A stretch of DNA of 63,122 nucleotides, counting the filler, from Octopus bimaculoides (lineage: Eukaryota), in the NCBI RefSeq assembly GCF_001194135.2. It is 5 parts of 5 records of this genome, joined end to end, with 100 filler letters (N's around TTAATTAATTAA, not from the genome) between each part and the next. Parts side by side here need not be neighbours in the genome. Positions count along the whole stretch, not along the records: positions 60,967 to 63,122 come from NW_026397510.1; 4 more parts are not named here. One strand, 5' to 3'. Shown here in pieces: positions 61,724 to 63,122 of this stretch. The translations under genes were made by a program, and so were the position numbers. The first letter of the stretch is position 1; the number at the start of each line of letters is the position of its first letter. A model generated the notes under the pieces. It saw only the letters and a program-made list of their open reading frames with translations, was not told the DNA's origin and made no database searches.

Positions 61724-63122
61724 NNNNNNNNNNNNNNNNNNNNNNNNNNNNNNNNNNNNNNNNNNNNNNNNNNNNNNNNNNNNNNNNNNNNNNNNNNNNN
61801 NNNNNNNNNNNNNNNNNNNNNNNNNNNNNNNNNNNNNNNNNNNNNNNNNNNNNNNNNNNNNNNNNNNNNNNNNNNNNNNNNNNNNNNNNNNNNNNNNNNN
61901 NNNNNNNNNNNNNNNNNNNNNNNNNNNNNNNNNNNNNNNNNNNNNNNNNNNNNNNNNNNNNNNNNNNNNNNNNNNNNNNNNNNNNNNNNNNNNNNNNNNN
62001 NNNNNNNNNNNNNNNNNNNNNNNNNNNNNNNNNNNNNNNNNNNNNNNNNNNNNNNNNNNNNNNNNNNNNNNNNNNNNNNNNNNNNNNNNNNNNNNNNNNN
62101 NNNNNNNNNNNNNNNNNNNNNNNNNNNNNNNNNNNNNNNNNNNNNNNNNNNNNNNNNNNNNNNNNNNNNNNNNNNNNNNNNNNNNNNNNNNNNNNNNNNN
62201 NNNNNNNNNNNNNNNNNNNNNNNNNNNNNNNNNNNNNNNNNNNNNNNNNNNNNNNNNNNNNNNNNNNNNNNNNNNNNNNNNNNNNNNNNNNNNNNNNNNN
62301 NNNNNNNNNNNNNNNNNNNNNNNNNNNNNNNNNNNNNNNNNNNNNNNNNNNNNNNNNNNNNNNNNNNNNNNNNNNNNNNNNNNNNNNNNNNNNNNNNNNN
62401 NNNNNNNNNNNNNNNNNNNNNNNNNNNNNNNNNNNNNNNNNNNNNNNNNNNNNNNNNNNNNNNNNNNNNNNNNNNNNNNNNNNNNNNNNNNNNNNNNNNN
62501 NNNNNNNNNNNNNNNNNNNNNNNNNNNNNNNNNNNNNNTACAGCCAGTGCTAGTTGTCGAAACTTCAAACGTAGTATTTATACTAATAAAAAAAAAAGAA
62601 AAACTCAAAAATCTACGAAAAAGTAGTGTAAAAAGTTACAACTCGGATCTCCTCTCCCTCAACAACACTCCTCACTGATCTATTCGGAACAAGTGTGCAG
62701 GTGCACACTTCACAGAGCGAACACTAACTGCACAAAGCAGTGCATTAATGCATCAATTGATGCATGCACAACATAAATGTGGCGCTGTTGTTATACGTGT
62801 TGCTGTTGGTGTTGCGGGCGTTGGCAAGTGATGTTGTCAAAGAGGCGTAAAAATATTATAGCTACACGCGTCTGTTGCCAACAACAACAACAACACCACC
62901 ACCACCAACAACAACAACAAGAAGAGCTAGAGCAACTAGAACAACAACTGCACAATCACACACAAGCTTACACATACACACACACACACACACACAAAGC
63001 ATGTGAGTATATATATATATACTGACACGTTCCTATTTACATTTATAATCAATGACGTACCATTTGTGTGTGTATATGTATATATATGTATATATGTATA
63101 TATATGTATAGATATATATGTA

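Noticed and set aside
251-63025. The many ORFs rich in YI/HT/CV/MYV, poly-V/G/T/D/E/H or X
   Set aside because: They are translations of microsatellites or of N gaps.

Overview
Eukaryotic, AT-rich, repeat-dominated genomic DNA with about 4.2 kb of assembly gaps. The SINE/LINE repertoire and microsatellite load suggest an octopod cephalopod such as Octopus; this is inference from recalled repeat families, not a search. Only one host-gene exon is well supported: a minus-strand CEP104 (TOG domain C-terminal) exon at 34190-34473. The rest is transposon-derived. It includes a full-length dead mariner with TIRs and TA TSDs, a near-full-length maT-like Tc1/mariner, other mariner fragments, MITEs (hAT, piggyBac-like, mariner-like), a Helentron-type element, RTE LINE fragments, four or five tRNA-headed SINE families, and two Penelope-like elements (RT plus GIY-YIG). 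The most interesting signals are hammerhead ribozyme (HHR) motifs in roughly 300-bp repeat units. One is a structurally complete type I HHR at 59123-59198 inside a 298-bp unit preceded by an inverted partial copy, resembling a non-LTR retrozyme or Penelope pseudo-LTR. A second, unrelated HHR-core tandem family at 5490-7345 is split by the mariner. Most ORFs in the supplied track are microsatellite or gap artefacts. Repeat boundaries are approximate unless TIRs or TSDs are stated.
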